NCBI GenBank assembly: GCA_964368755.1
Contig: CAYJCR010000001.1
Location: forward strand, 70,074-134,073
Source: an uncultured Lachnospiraceae bacterium
GTDB lineage: Bacteria; Bacillota; Clostridia; Christensenellales; UBA1242
Length of the DNA: 64,000 nt
Direction of reading: 5' to 3'
How positions within the stretch are numbered: position 1 is the stretch's first letter; each line of letters starts with the position of its first letter. The notes below the pieces were generated by a model, which saw only the letters and a list, made by a program, of their open reading frames with translations, was not told the origin of the DNA and searched no databases. A program made the translations under genes and the position numbers. Positions 9,078 to 18,812 of this stretch are shown here, one piece after another.

Positions 9078-10142
9078 ATGGAAAATGTATACTTTACAAG
9101 TGCAAATGCAAAGATAATAGAACTTATCAATGAAGAGTTCCCACTCTTACCGGATAAGTTTTTGACGAGGTTGTTTGCTATATTCCACAAACTTGGTAAT
9201 TATGAAGAAGAGAGCCAGAAGGTCAGACCAACAATACTTATTACAAATAATATCAATGCTATTATCAAGGCCATTCCATCAGCATACAAACTTGATATAT
9301 ATAATGACAAAGATGAACTAAGCTTCGAAAGGCATGTTAAGTCACTTATGAGTTTTTGCAATAATGAATGGCTTATATTTGTATCCATCAAAGATGGCAC
9401 ATATTCGTATGGAATATGTAAGACTTTTAATAGTATCAAAGAGCAGAATCTTATTCAGATTGCTTTCGGTACCAAAAAAGTTATTGATGTTGACAAAGTA
9501 TCACTAATATGCATAGATGCAGTAGCTACTGGGACTGTTGTAGTCAAAGGTATCAAAGGCAAGTCTGTTACCGTTAACTTTTCTATTAACGAAGATAAGA
9601 AGATTGACAATGAAGATGTTATCAATGCCTTTGTCAAAGATAGCTTGTCCAAGCTCAAGACAACTCCAAAAAAACTCGAAGAAATCGCAACCTTACAAGC
9701 AAATATATTCAAGCGTGCACTCAAAAATATTCACGGCACAATTTGCGTTGTTGTGGATAGAAATTATGTTGACAATGGATTGTTTGCTGATGGTACTTGG
9801 TTGCAGACTCCAATAGATTTGTCAAAATTGTTTATTCAGACAAAGAACTTCTCTGAGATAAGGTTGACCAACTTAGCTGGATTATTTATAGATATGCTCA
9901 ACTATGATGGTATAACTATCATGGACAATACAGGCAAGATAAGAGCATACAATGTATTTGTCCAACCTGATAAGAACCTATCAGATAAGATTGTAGGTGG
10001 TGCGAGAAAACGTGCTGCATATTCGATACTTAATTCTAAGAATAAGAAGATAGTTGGAGTATACTTCCAATCTCAAGACGGTGACTTATTCTACGAGAAT
10101 ATAAAAAACTATGCAAAGAAACAGAAATCAATAAATAAATAA
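9078..10142 (+). CDS. hypothetical protein with possible divergent DisA_N/diadenylate-cyclase-like C-terminal domain
   Basis: 354 aa. The C-terminal segment is YDGITIMDNTGKIRAYNVFV...VGGARKRAAYSIL...VYFQSQDGDLFY. It parallels the DAC pattern hDGAxxx...G-x-I...G(T)RHRAA...SEETG. AGGAGG RBS. Confidence 0.35.
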   Translation: MENVYFTSANAKIIELINEEFPLLPDKFLTRLFAIFHKLGNYEEESQKVRPTILITNNINAIIKAIPSAYKLDIYNDKDELSFERHVKSLMSFCNNEWLIFVSIKDGTYSYGICKTFNSIKEQNLIQIAFGTKKVIDVDKVSLICIDAVATGTVVVKGIKGKSVTVNFSINEDKKIDNEDVINAFVKDSLSKLKTTPKKLEEIATLQANIFKRALKNIHGTICVVVDRNYVDNGLFADGTWLQTPIDLSKLFIQTKNFSEIRLTNLAGLFIDMLNYDGITIMDNTGKIRAYNVFVQPDKNLSDKIVGGARKRAAYSILNSKNKKIVGVYFQSQDGDLFYENIKNYAKKQKSINK

Positions 10143-10146
10143 TTAA

Positions 10147-10174
10147 GAACGCATTGATATGCGCTCTTTTTTTG
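10147..10174 (+). terminator. rho-independent terminator
   Basis: GAACGCAT-tgat-ATGCGCTC stem followed by a T-run after the stop at 10142. Confidence 0.65.
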
Positions 10175-10208
10175 TTATTTACTAGATATAATATGCATAT
10201 TTATATTT

Positions 10209-10733
10209 ATGACAAAATACATTTTTGCACAAGTTTTATCCCTAATTGCGGCATTACTTGCGATGCTAAGTTATATGTGTTGTAGCAAAACAAAAACAAC
10301 TTTTTTGCAACTATTCTCAAATATTTTTTACTTATTCAACTTTGTATTATTAACAGCATATTCTGCAAGCATACAAGTCACTATTGCTTGCATACGGACT
10401 CTTGTATTTTGGATATATTCTTCTGTTAACAAAAAGTGCCCAGTAATATACCTAATTGCATTTGAGTTATTATCCGTTGTTTGTAGTATCATATTGTGGG
10501 AAGGGTATCTGGGGCTATTGCCCATGATAGGTGTAGGAGTATTTACTTTTGGGATGTGGCAGGAGAAGAAAAAAGTATTTAACATATGTGCAATCGTATT
10601 ATCTAGTTGTCTTATTGTATATGATATTGCAATTGGAGCATACGCAGGAATTATCTTAGAAACAATGCTCTTATCCATTGCAATAAAAGGTGTTTTGTCT
10701 AAAAAAACTTTTGGATACAATTATCAAGTCTAG
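10209..10733 (+). CDS. hypothetical integral membrane protein
   Basis: 174 aa with about 5 TM segments. No recognisable RBS and the family is uncertain. Confidence 0.45.
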   Translation: MTKYIFAQVLSLIAALLAMLSYMCCSKTKTTFLQLFSNIFYLFNFVLLTAYSASIQVTIACIRTLVFWIYSSVNKKCPVIYLIAFELLSVVCSIILWEGYLGLLPMIGVGVFTFGMWQEKKKVFNICAIVLSSCLIVYDIAIGAYAGIILETMLLSIAIKGVLSKKTFGYNYQV

Positions 10734-10822
10734 ATTATTCATTTGTTATATCAAAAAAAAGTGCTATACTATACATGAGTATATTATGATTGATATTGTT
10801 CAATCAATTGATAAGGTGAATA

Positions 10823-11422
10823 ATGGAAGTACAAACAATAGTATCTGGCAGGCTCGATAATAACACTTATATTGTGTCTTCTTCGGGCAAGGCAATAATA
10901 ATAGATGCTGCAGCCACTGTAGCAGAAATAAAAAAAGTACTCGGCAACAACGAAGTAGTTGGAGTATTCCTCACACATGGGCATTTTGATCATATAGCGA
11001 ACCTCGATGATATCATCAATACATTTAATGTTAAGTGTTATCTCAATAATAATGCGATTGACAAACTATACGATCCACATACCAACTGCTCTGAGATGTT
11101 TAACTTCGAACAGATATCCAAATTGCCAAAAGATTCCTTTATATTGGTGCACGATGCAGAAGTATTTGATGTACTACCAAAGACAATCTTTGTAGCATTA
11201 CACACACCGGGACATACCGATTGTGGTATGACTTATGTAATAGACAAATGTATGTTCACTGGCGACTTAATATTCAAACACGATATAGGAAGGAGTGATC
11301 TTCCTACAAGCAGTAGGTTGGACCTAAGGCAAAGCTTGACAAAAATGTATTCTCGCAAAAAGAATTACACAATTTATCCTGGTCACGGTCAGCCAACAAC
11401 TCTTGATGCAGAGAGAAGATAA
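10823..11422 (+). CDS. MBL-fold metallo-hydrolase
   Basis: LTHGHFDHI metal-binding motif, a later HTPGHT and a C-terminal PGHG. 199 aa. Confidence 0.85.
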   Translation: MEVQTIVSGRLDNNTYIVSSSGKAIIIDAAATVAEIKKVLGNNEVVGVFLTHGHFDHIANLDDIINTFNVKCYLNNNAIDKLYDPHTNCSEMFNFEQISKLPKDSFILVHDAEVFDVLPKTIFVALHTPGHTDCGMTYVIDKCMFTGDLIFKHDIGRSDLPTSSRLDLRQSLTKMYSRKKNYTIYPGHGQPTTLDAERR

Positions 11423-11543
11423 TTTATCAACAAATAACTGTATTTTTGAGCCAAAAAGTTGCTGATAAATAAGAATATTAATGAAATTGTTTGAAAAAAT
11501 CATATCTATCTGATAGAATGTTCTAAACAAAGGAGAGAAAGTT

Positions 11544-11984
11544 ATGGGATTGTTTAATTTCTTGTTCAAAGGAATGGGATTTGAGGATGACAAATCTACT
11601 GCAAAAAAGCCGAAGAAAAAATCAAATATCATACAAGCAGATGATTTGGTTGAGAAAACAAAACCTGTTATCACATCCAATATCAAGATAGCTGCACCAA
11701 GTACTTTTTCTAATAACTATAATAGTATGGAAATGGGGAATACGAATTTGTTAGTACATGTACCAAAGAATAATAAAGATATACAACTAATAGTTGATAC
11801 ATTGAGACGTAGAGAATCTGCGATTGTTAACCTTGGGGCTTTGACTCCAAATGAGGCAGAGAAGATCATTGATTTTTTAAGTGGTGCCGTATATGCTCTC
11901 AAAGGCAATCTTAGGAGACTTGAAGGGGATTTGTTCTTGCTCACACCAGAGGGCATTAATGTTGTGTCTCCAGACCCACAATAA
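11544..11984 (+). CDS. sepF: cell division protein SepF
   Basis: MGLFNFLFKGMGF amphipathic N-terminus. The C-terminal DUF552-like core reads VNLGALTPNEAEKIIDFLSGAVYALKGNLRRLEGDLFLLTP. Confidence 0.85.
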   Translation: MGLFNFLFKGMGFEDDKSTAKKPKKKSNIIQADDLVEKTKPVITSNIKIAAPSTFSNNYNSMEMGNTNLLVHVPKNNKDIQLIVDTLRRRESAIVNLGALTPNEAEKIIDFLSGAVYALKGNLRRLEGDLFLLTPEGINVVSPDPQ

Positions 11985-11992
11985 GGATTGAT

Positions 11993-12460
11993 ATGAAAAA
12001 ATACTGGATAATAAAAGCGTGTATATTGCCGATGGTTATCATTATTGATATGGTAACCAAATTTTTATTTGAAGGCAAAGACATTATGCTTATCCCGAAT
12101 TTTATATCAATATTGAGTCATCATAATACTGGCGCTGCTTGGGGTATACTAAGTGGCAGGTTGTGGATACTTATCTCTGTAACAGTACTCTTCGTTGGAG
12201 CAATAGTTACTTTTGATGCAACGCAGAAGATTAGGTCTAAGTTATATAGTGTAGCAATCTCATTCATTGTAGGTGGAGCTATTGGCAATATCATTGATAG
12301 GATTGCATTCGGCTATGTTAGAGATTTTATCAAACTAGAGTTTATGGAGTTCCCTATATTTAACTTTGCTGACAGCTTCCTTTGCGTAGGAGTAGTTTTG
12401 CTTATAGTTTATTTATTGTTTTTCTACAAAGATACAAAGAGAGGCAATAATAATGGATAA
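11993..12460 (+). CDS. lspA: lipoprotein signal peptidase (signal peptidase II)
   Basis: NTGAAWG and FNFADSFLCVG motifs with 4 TM segments. Confidence 0.9.
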   Translation: MKKYWIIKACILPMVIIIDMVTKFLFEGKDIMLIPNFISILSHHNTGAAWGILSGRLWILISVTVLFVGAIVTFDATQKIRSKLYSVAISFIVGGAIGNIIDRIAFGYVRDFIKLEFMEFPIFNFADSFLCVGVVLLIVYLLFFYKDTKRGNNNG

Positions 12461-13346
12461 GGTATTTTGTGTTGAGGACAAGGGCGTCCGTCTAGATAAC
12501 TATGTATTAGAAAGGGTGGACAAGACTCGTAGTGCTATCAAGAAGATGATTGAGTGTGGAGATATAAAGGTCAATGATAGCATTGTCAAAGCAGGATATT
12601 CATTGAGAATTGGAGACAAAGTACAAGTTGTGGACAAGCCTCCGATACCTACTGATATATTACCAGAGGATATCAAACTGGATATAGTCTATCAAGATGA
12701 TGACCTTGCTGTTATCAACAAGCCACAGGGAATGGTAGTTCACCCATCAAGTGGATGTTATACTAAGACTCTTGTTAATGCTTTGCTATACAATATCAAG
12801 AATCTCAGTGGTATCAATGGAGAGATAAGACCTGGCATAGTCCATAGGCTTGACAAAGATACATCTGGGCTTATAATGATAGCCAAGAATGACAAGGCTC
12901 ACGTAGAACTCAGTCGTCAGATACAGAACAAAACTTGCGCTAGGGTGTATAGAGCACTAGTCAAAGGTCAGTTCCCAAAAGATAGTGGAAGAATAACGAC
13001 TAATATTGCTCGTGGTACAGACAATAGAAAGAAGATGTTTGTTGTCCCAGATGGCGAAGGCAGAGTCGCAATCACTGACTACAAAGTGTTGCATAGATAC
13101 AACAAATGTACATATGTGGAGTTTAGCCTTCTTACAGGCAGAACTCATCAGATAAGAGTACATTGTGCGCATATGGGACATCCGATCATCGGGGATAAGT
13201 TGTATGGCGAACAAGAGAATGGTCTTGTTGGACAATTATTACATGCATATAAGATAAAGTTCGTTCACCCAACAACTGGGCAGGAGATGGAATTTTGTTG
13301 TCCACTTCCTGATTATTTTGAAAAATATCTTTTAGAGCAAAAATAA
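12453..13346 (+). CDS. rluD: RluA-family 23S rRNA pseudouridine synthase (RluD-like)
   Basis: N-terminal S4 domain, HRLDKDTSGL catalytic motif and GRTHQIRVH motif. Confidence 0.9.
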   Translation: MDKVFCVEDKGVRLDNYVLERVDKTRSAIKKMIECGDIKVNDSIVKAGYSLRIGDKVQVVDKPPIPTDILPEDIKLDIVYQDDDLAVINKPQGMVVHPSSGCYTKTLVNALLYNIKNLSGINGEIRPGIVHRLDKDTSGLIMIAKNDKAHVELSRQIQNKTCARVYRALVKGQFPKDSGRITTNIARGTDNRKKMFVVPDGEGRVAITDYKVLHRYNKCTYVEFSLLTGRTHQIRVHCAHMGHPIIGDKLYGEQENGLVGQLLHAYKIKFVHPTTGQEMEFCCPLPDYFEKYLLEQK

Positions 13347-13432
13347 GTTGTGCAAAATACCATTATTCAGTATACTAAAAATATAGTTTGTATGATTTGA
13401 TTATAATAACTATCATCTATTTGGAGGGGTTT

Positions 13433-13684
13433 ATGTCAAGTTTGGGATTTAAGAAGTTTGTTCAAATGCTTGGTTTTGTTGCAATGGTGCTATTTATGAT
13501 AGCTATTATCCTTGCCAAGTTCGTACCAAGTATATCTGCTATATGCAATCTTATCGCAACACTTATCGGCTTGTTTGTGATTGTGATTGTTGCTTTTATG
13601 TATGTTAAGGGTAAGAGAAATCCAATCTTCTTTGCAATCTTTGCTGTATGCTTGATTGTTATTATTGTAATGTACTGTATCTAA
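13433..13684 (+). CDS. small hydrophobic membrane protein
   Basis: 83 aa with 3 TM segments. Start moved to the ATG at 13433, which has a GGAGGGG RBS. Confidence 0.5.
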   Translation: MSSLGFKKFVQMLGFVAMVLFMIAIILAKFVPSISAICNLIATLIGLFVIVIVAFMYVKGKRNPIFFAIFAVCLIVIIVMYCI

Positions 13685-13699
13685 CTTTTAGGAGAAAGA

Positions 13700-14077
13700 A
13701 TGAAAGCTTTTTTTACAAACAAGTTTAATATCGCTATAATGTCTATATTTTTTGTAGGCGTTGTTTGTTTAGTCTTGCTAGTTGTTAGCGATATATTCTA
13801 TCCAATAGCACTTGCATTTTTTGATGTTGGCTTTGTATGTCTTACTATAAAGTTGTATTTGCGTCAAAAAGCAAAAAACAGTGTCGATATTGATGATTTT
13901 TATTTTGATGCGACAGAACTTAGTTACGACGAAGAGGTATACTTTGTTGGAGATGACGAAAAGAAGGTGCCTAAGAAGAAAAGTAAGCTTGCAAGATTCG
14001 ATGAGTGGTCATGGACAATACTATGTGGTGTATTCTCAGTATTCTTCTTGATATGGTTTATTACAGCACTGGTATAG
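13700..14077 (+). CDS. hypothetical membrane protein
   Basis: 125 aa with 2 N-terminal and 1 C-terminal TM segments and an AGGAGA RBS. Confidence 0.5.
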   Translation: MKAFFTNKFNIAIMSIFFVGVVCLVLLVVSDIFYPIALAFFDVGFVCLTIKLYLRQKAKNSVDIDDFYFDATELSYDEEVYFVGDDEKKVPKKKSKLARFDEWSWTILCGVFSVFFLIWFITALV

Positions 14078-14093
14078 ATTATTATTTTTGAAT

Positions 14094-14126
14094 AAAAAAA
14101 GACTTAGCATATACTAAGTCTTTTTT
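14094..14126. terminator. bidirectional rho-independent terminator
   Basis: GACTTAG-catata-CTAAGTC stem flanked by A7 and T6, between convergent genes. Confidence 0.75.
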
Positions 14127-14132
14127 GCTGGA

Positions 14133-14774
14133 CTACCGAGTTTGGACTGCTGTTGGATAAAGCGGCAGGTCAAGAAGCCCCGAGCATATGTCTTGTGTGA
14201 AGTCTTGGCATGGTGGGAATGTACAGTATCCATAACTTGGCACCAATATATCTGCTTGGACAATGACTTTGATAATAACAGTAACGCACGCAGATAGTGA
14301 GAATGTTGAGCCACTTATGTATGTGCCACTTGGACTAGCTGATGTGCCGAATGCTTGTATGCTAAATGGTATTATTGATGGTTGTGGGATGAACAGTATG
14401 ACATCGAATGGTATTGATATGGTTGAAGTTCCACTTCCTGCGACATTGTTGGCATCGATATAATTGACTTGTATTGGTATGTTGACATCGCCTGAAACTC
14501 GTGCGAAGTTCGGTCTGTCAGTCAATCTCTCAGTTACAAGATTGGATAATGTTGAATCTCCACTCTGGATTGCACTAACAAATGTGAGTGGAGTAGTTGG
14601 GCTGGCTGGTGTAAGGTTGGTGAGGGTGACTTGCATATTTGTTTGCATTTGTTTAAGGCAGGCATCTAACACTTTGTCTACTTGTATGCAGGCTTTTTCG
14701 CAGATGCCATTAAGAACATTTCCATTAATGTTCCCCGGGAAGTTTCCCGTTCGATTGGTTGTGTAGAATGACAT
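14133..14774 (-). CDS. hypothetical protein, possibly spore-coat/mother-cell expressed
   Basis: 213 aa, rich in S/T/N/P and beta-prone, with Cys pairs at both ends. AAGGAG RBS and a sigma-K-like promoter upstream. No family recognised with certainty. Confidence 0.5.
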   Translation of the reverse strand: MSFYTTNRTGNFPGNINGNVLNGICEKACIQVDKVLDACLKQMQTNMQVTLTNLTPASPTTPLTFVSAIQSGDSTLSNLVTERLTDRPNFARVSGDVNIPIQVNYIDANNVAGSGTSTISIPFDVILFIPQPSIIPFSIQAFGTSASPSGTYISGSTFSLSACVTVIIKVIVQADILVPSYGYCTFPPCQDFTQDICSGLLDLPLYPTAVQTR

Positions 14775-14801
14775 AATAATCTCCTTTGATATATTTGTTA
14801 G

Positions 14802-14829
14802 TAATATATGTTATCCTGCCGTTTTGTGT
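14802..14829 (-). promoter_or_regulatory. sigma-K-like promoter (AC-17 nt-CATAtatTA)
   Basis: The minus strand reads AC, then a 17-nt spacer, then CATATATTA, about 25 nt upstream of the RBS of the 14774 gene. It matches the Bacillus/Clostridium SigK consensus AC-N16-17-CATANNNTA. Confidence 0.3.
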
Positions 14830-14833
14830 GCAG

Positions 14834-14860
14834 AAAAAAAACACATTCATACGAATGTGC
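14834..14860 (-). terminator. rho-independent terminator after engB
   Basis: CACATTC-gtat-GAATGTG stem followed by T8 on the minus strand. Confidence 0.7.
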
Positions 14861-14871
14861 TTATGTAATGA

Positions 14872-15453
14872 TTATAGTTTTGCCTTGCTAAGTATACTCT
14901 CTATTAGGTCATCTTTGCCTTGTCTAGAATCCGATGAAGTAAATATCATATTGGCTTTGGTTATACCTAAGCTATTGGCAATGTCTTGAGAAGACTTGTT
15001 GTATTGAGCTCGGGATAACTTGTCGCATTTGGTTAATACGAATATGATAGGTATGTTATAGAAGTATAGGAACTTCACCATTTGTTTGTCTTGCTCGGTA
15101 GGTAAGTGCCTAACATCTAAGAGTAGATACACGGCTTTTAGGTTCTTGCTGGACTTTAGATAATTCTCTAATAATTCTCCCCAACTCTCTTGCGTATCTT
15201 TGCTTGCTTGAGCATATCCGTATCCTGGAAGGTCTACAAGTAGAAGTTCTTTGTTGATAAGGAAATAATTGACAAGCCTTGTTCTGCCTGGGGTGGAGGA
15301 GGTCTTAGCAAGTTTTTTTTGATTGGTAATAAGATTGATAAGACTACTTTTGCCGACATTACTACGACCCACAAATGCTATCTCTGGGTAATCGGACACA
15401 TATAAGTTCTTGTAACTCGCAACACTTGTTACGAACTCTGCAGTCTTAATCAT
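14872..15453 (-). CDS. engB: ribosome biogenesis GTPase EngB/YsxC
   Basis: [13 protein letters not shown]-loop, DLPGYGY and TKCDK motifs. Conserved position downstream of clpX. Start ambiguous: ATG 15453 or GTG 15465. Confidence 0.9.
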   Translation of the reverse strand: MIKTAEFVTSVASYKNLYVSDYPEIAFVGRSNVGKSSLINLITNQKKLAKTSSTPGRTRLVNYFLINKELLLVDLPGYGYAQASKDTQESWGELLENYLKSSKNLKAVYLLLDVRHLPTEQDKQMVKFLYFYNIPIIFVLTKCDKLSRAQYNKSSQDIANSLGITKANMIFTSSDSRQGKDDLIESILSKAKL

Positions 15454-15457
15454 TATC

Positions 15458-16729
15458 TTATGCACTCACTTCTGTATTTTTGTTTGGATCACGTATTATC
15501 TTTGGGTCAAGACTTGGGTTGTTGATGAAGTCTTCGTCAATAGTAATATCTGTGATTGTCTTATCAGTTGGACATGTGTACATAAGTTTGAGCATACTTT
15601 CTTCTAGTATTGTACGCAATCCACGGGCTCCAGTCTTGAGTTTCATTGCTTTCTTCGCTACTGCGTCGATTGCTTTGTCATCAAAGGTCAAGGATATGTT
15701 CTCCATAGCGAACATCTTCTTGTATTGCTTGGTTATAGCATTCTTTGGCTTGGTTAGTATCACTTTGAGAGCCTCTTCTGTGAGATCGTGTAGTCCCACT
15801 ACAATAGGAAGACGTCCGACAAACTCAGGTATAAGTCCGAACTTGATGAGATCTTGAGGCTGAATCTGTTTGATGAACTCATATATCTCACTCTCTTTGG
15901 TTGACTTAACGCCTGCTCCAAAGCCAAGTGTTGAAGCATCCATACGCTTTTGAATCACTTTGTCTAGTCCGACAAAAGCGCCTCCACATATGAATAATAT
16001 ATTAGTTGTATCGATTGTTATCATCTCTTGTTGAGGATGCTTTCTGCCACCTTGTGGAGGTACACTCGCAACAGTACTCTCGAGTATCTTAAGAAGTGCT
16101 TGTTGTACACCTTCTCCTGATACATCTCTTGTTATTGAACGATTCTCACTCTTACGAGATATCTTATCTATCTCATCTATATAGATAATGCCACGCTGAG
16201 CTTTCTCTATATCATAGTCAGCGGCTTGGATAAGTTTGAGAAGAATATTCTCAACATCTTCACCGACATATCCTGCCTCTGTAAGGGTAGTTGCATCACA
16301 ACTTGCGAATGGTACTTCGAGAATCTTGGCTAATGTCTTAGCAAGCAAGGTCTTACCACTACCTGTAGGCCCTATCATAAGAAGGTTGCTCTTATCAAGC
16401 TCGATTGGCTCAGCATCACGTTTTTCTCCAAGTTCTGCATTGTAGTTGATACGTTTGTAATGATTGTATACGGCTACTGCAAGTACTTTCTTTGCTTCAT
16501 CTTGTCCAACTACGAAGTCATCAAGTCTATCTTTGATCTCATGAGGAAGGGGAAGCTTAATCTTAGCCTGCTTCTTTGCAGTCAATTTGTTCTCTTTCAT
16601 AATCTCTTTGCATATGTCTATGCATTCATCACAAATAAAACATTGACCGTTGGGATTGGCAATAAGTCTTTTGACTTCTGCTTGGCTTTTTCCACAAAAT
16701 GAGCAAGTTAGTTTTGGTTCATTTGGCAT
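15458..16729 (-). CDS. clpX: ATP-dependent Clp protease ATP-binding subunit ClpX
   Basis: N-terminal zinc finger CSFCGK...CDEC, Walker A GPTGSGKT and the IYIDEIDKI box. Confidence 0.97.
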   Translation of the reverse strand: MPNEPKLTCSFCGKSQAEVKRLIANPNGQCFICDECIDICKEIMKENKLTAKKQAKIKLPLPHEIKDRLDDFVVGQDEAKKVLAVAVYNHYKRINYNAELGEKRDAEPIELDKSNLLMIGPTGSGKTLLAKTLAKILEVPFASCDATTLTEAGYVGEDVENILLKLIQAADYDIEKAQRGIIYIDEIDKISRKSENRSITRDVSGEGVQQALLKILESTVASVPPQGGRKHPQQEMITIDTTNILFICGGAFVGLDKVIQKRMDASTLGFGAGVKSTKESEIYEFIKQIQPQDLIKFGLIPEFVGRLPIVVGLHDLTEEALKVILTKPKNAITKQYKKMFAMENISLTFDDKAIDAVAKKAMKLKTGARGLRTILEESMLKLMYTCPTDKTITDITIDEDFINNPSLDPKIIRDPNKNTEVSA

Positions 16730-16731
16730 AA

Positions 16732-17313
16732 TTATTTCCTTTTATAGAATATCTGATCGATCAAGCCATATTCTTTGGCTTCATCTGCACTCATATAGAA
16801 ATCTCTATCTGTGTCTTTGGATACTTTGTCAAGAGGTTTGCCAGTTTGTTCAGAAAGAATCTTGTTGAGCTTATCTTTAATCTTCTGAATCTGATTGGCT
16901 TGGATCTGAATATCACTTGCTTGACCACGAGCGCCGCCCAAAGGTTGATGTATCATTATCTCTGCATTTGGAAGGGCATAACGCTTGCCTTTGGTACCAC
17001 TACTCAATAGGAATGCTCCCATTGATGCTGCAAGTCCTATACAAATAGTAGAAACATCACATTTGATATAATTGATAGTATCGAATATAGCAAGGCCAGC
17101 AGATACACTACCACCAGGGCTATTGATATACAAAGATATGTCCTTGTCTGGGTCTTTGCCTTCTAGATAGATAAGTTGTGCTACAACCGTATTGGCTGTA
17201 TCATCAGTTATCTCACCAGTAATAAATATAATTCTGTCTTCGAGAAGTCTAGAATATATGTCATATGACCTCTCGCCACCACTTGTTTGGTCAACAACCA
17301 TAGGTATTAACAT
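16732..17313 (-). CDS. clpP: ATP-dependent Clp protease proteolytic subunit ClpP
   Basis: [12 protein letters not shown]-terminus, GLAASMGA active-site Ser and the MIHQP motif. Confidence 0.97.
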   Translation of the reverse strand: MLIPMVVDQTSGGERSYDIYSRLLEDRIIFITGEITDDTANTVVAQLIYLEGKDPDKDISLYINSPGGSVSAGLAIFDTINYIKCDVSTICIGLAASMGAFLLSSGTKGKRYALPNAEIMIHQPLGGARGQASDIQIQANQIQKIKDKLNKILSEQTGKPLDKVSKDTDRDFYMSADEAKEYGLIDQIFYKRK

Positions 17314-17335
17314 AAATCATTCCTCCTAATTTTTC

Positions 17336-18610
17336 TTACAAATTGTTATTCTCTTTCAAGAACTTAAGTATCTTATTGAGAAGTATTCCGTTCTCCATGT
17401 ATGCAAGTTGTTCATCATTAAGTTGCTTTTTGAGTTCTTGCATTGTTACTTTCTTATCCTTATTCTCATTGTATTTGTCAAGGATATCTTTCTCTTCAAC
17501 GGTAATTTTCTCTACTTCGATGAGCTTCTCAAGAGTAAGACGTGTTCTGACTGTCATCTTGGCATCTTCTTCACGTGATTTCTTGAGATCATCAAGAGTC
17601 ATTCCCATATATTTGACATAATCATCAAGTTTCAAACCTTGATAGCTAAGTCTGTATTCAAAGTCTTGAATATAGTCTTCAACTTGTCTTTTGATAAGAA
17701 CTTCTGGAATCTCAACCTTTGTGTTGTTGGCAATAGTATCGATTAGTTCTTGTTCTTGCTCGTGTTGAGCCTTCTTCTCAGCAGTATCGGTAAGTTTCTT
17801 CTTAATGTCTGCTTTGAGTTCTGCAAGAGTGTTGAATTCGCTAGAGTCTTCTGCAAACTTATCATCTAGTTCTGGCAATACTTTGACCTTAATGTCTTTG
17901 ACTGTAACTGCGAATACTGCTGGCTTACCTTTCAAGCTCTCTACGTGATAGTTAGCAGGGAAGGATACCTTAACATCTTTGGATTCGCCCTTCTTCATAC
18001 CAACGATTTGGTCTTCAAAAGTATCGATGAAACTGTGTGAACCTAGTTCTAACTCATAATCTTTGGCTGTACCACCATCGAACTTAACACCATCTATACT
18101 TCCTTCGAAGTCTATAACAGCATAATCTCCAAGCTTTGCAGCGTCTTCTGTCTCAACAAATCTTGCACGAGAAGCAACCATCTTGTCAAGTTCGGCTTGG
18201 ACTTCCTTTGCAGATACTTTGACTTCTTTCTTGGCAATAGTAAGACCTTTGTATTGACCAAGTTCGACTGGTGGCTTACTGTCTACTACTGCTATCATAG
18301 TGATACCCTTATCGCTAAGATCTTTGATATCAATCTGAGGAACATCAAGAGGTTCAATCTCTTTGTGTTCGTCAAGTACTTTGAAATAATGTTTGTAAAA
18401 ACATCCATCAATGGCATCTTCGAAGAAAACTCCGACACCATAATTCTTCTCTATTATTGCACGAGGAGCTTTGCCTTTGCGGAAACCTTGGATATTGTAT
18501 TTGCCTTTTGTCTTCTGGTAAGCCGCTTCAATAGCATCTTCCCATTCTTTGGCATCCAAAGTCATATTGATTGTGTATTGATTGTTTTTGTTGTCTATAG
18601 TATATTTCAT
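17336..18610 (-). CDS. tig: trigger factor
   Basis: GFRKGKAP ribosome-binding signature, a central FKBP-type PPIase region, and the tig-clpP-clpX order. Confidence 0.95.
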   Translation of the reverse strand: MKYTIDNKNNQYTINMTLDAKEWEDAIEAAYQKTKGKYNIQGFRKGKAPRAIIEKNYGVGVFFEDAIDGCFYKHYFKVLDEHKEIEPLDVPQIDIKDLSDKGITMIAVVDSKPPVELGQYKGLTIAKKEVKVSAKEVQAELDKMVASRARFVETEDAAKLGDYAVIDFEGSIDGVKFDGGTAKDYELELGSHSFIDTFEDQIVGMKKGESKDVKVSFPANYHVESLKGKPAVFAVTVKDIKVKVLPELDDKFAEDSSEFNTLAELKADIKKKLTDTAEKKAQHEQEQELIDTIANNTKVEIPEVLIKRQVEDYIQDFEYRLSYQGLKLDDYVKYMGMTLDDLKKSREEDAKMTVRTRLTLEKLIEVEKITVEEKDILDKYNENKDKKVTMQELKKQLNDEQLAYMENGILLNKILKFLKENNNL

Positions 18611-18812
18611 TATTATCTCCTTTTTAATTAAAGCGTGTTAAGTATATCACGAAAAAATTTTTTTTTCAAGTTATTTATGACTTACACTAAGTATTTAGTA
18701 TAAAAAAATATATTTATATGGCAGTTTTTGATGACATAGTTACTATTCGATTATTTATCGCACAACTTTTTGACAAAGCGCATCTATTAATCACTTGATT
18801 TTGGAGAGTAAA

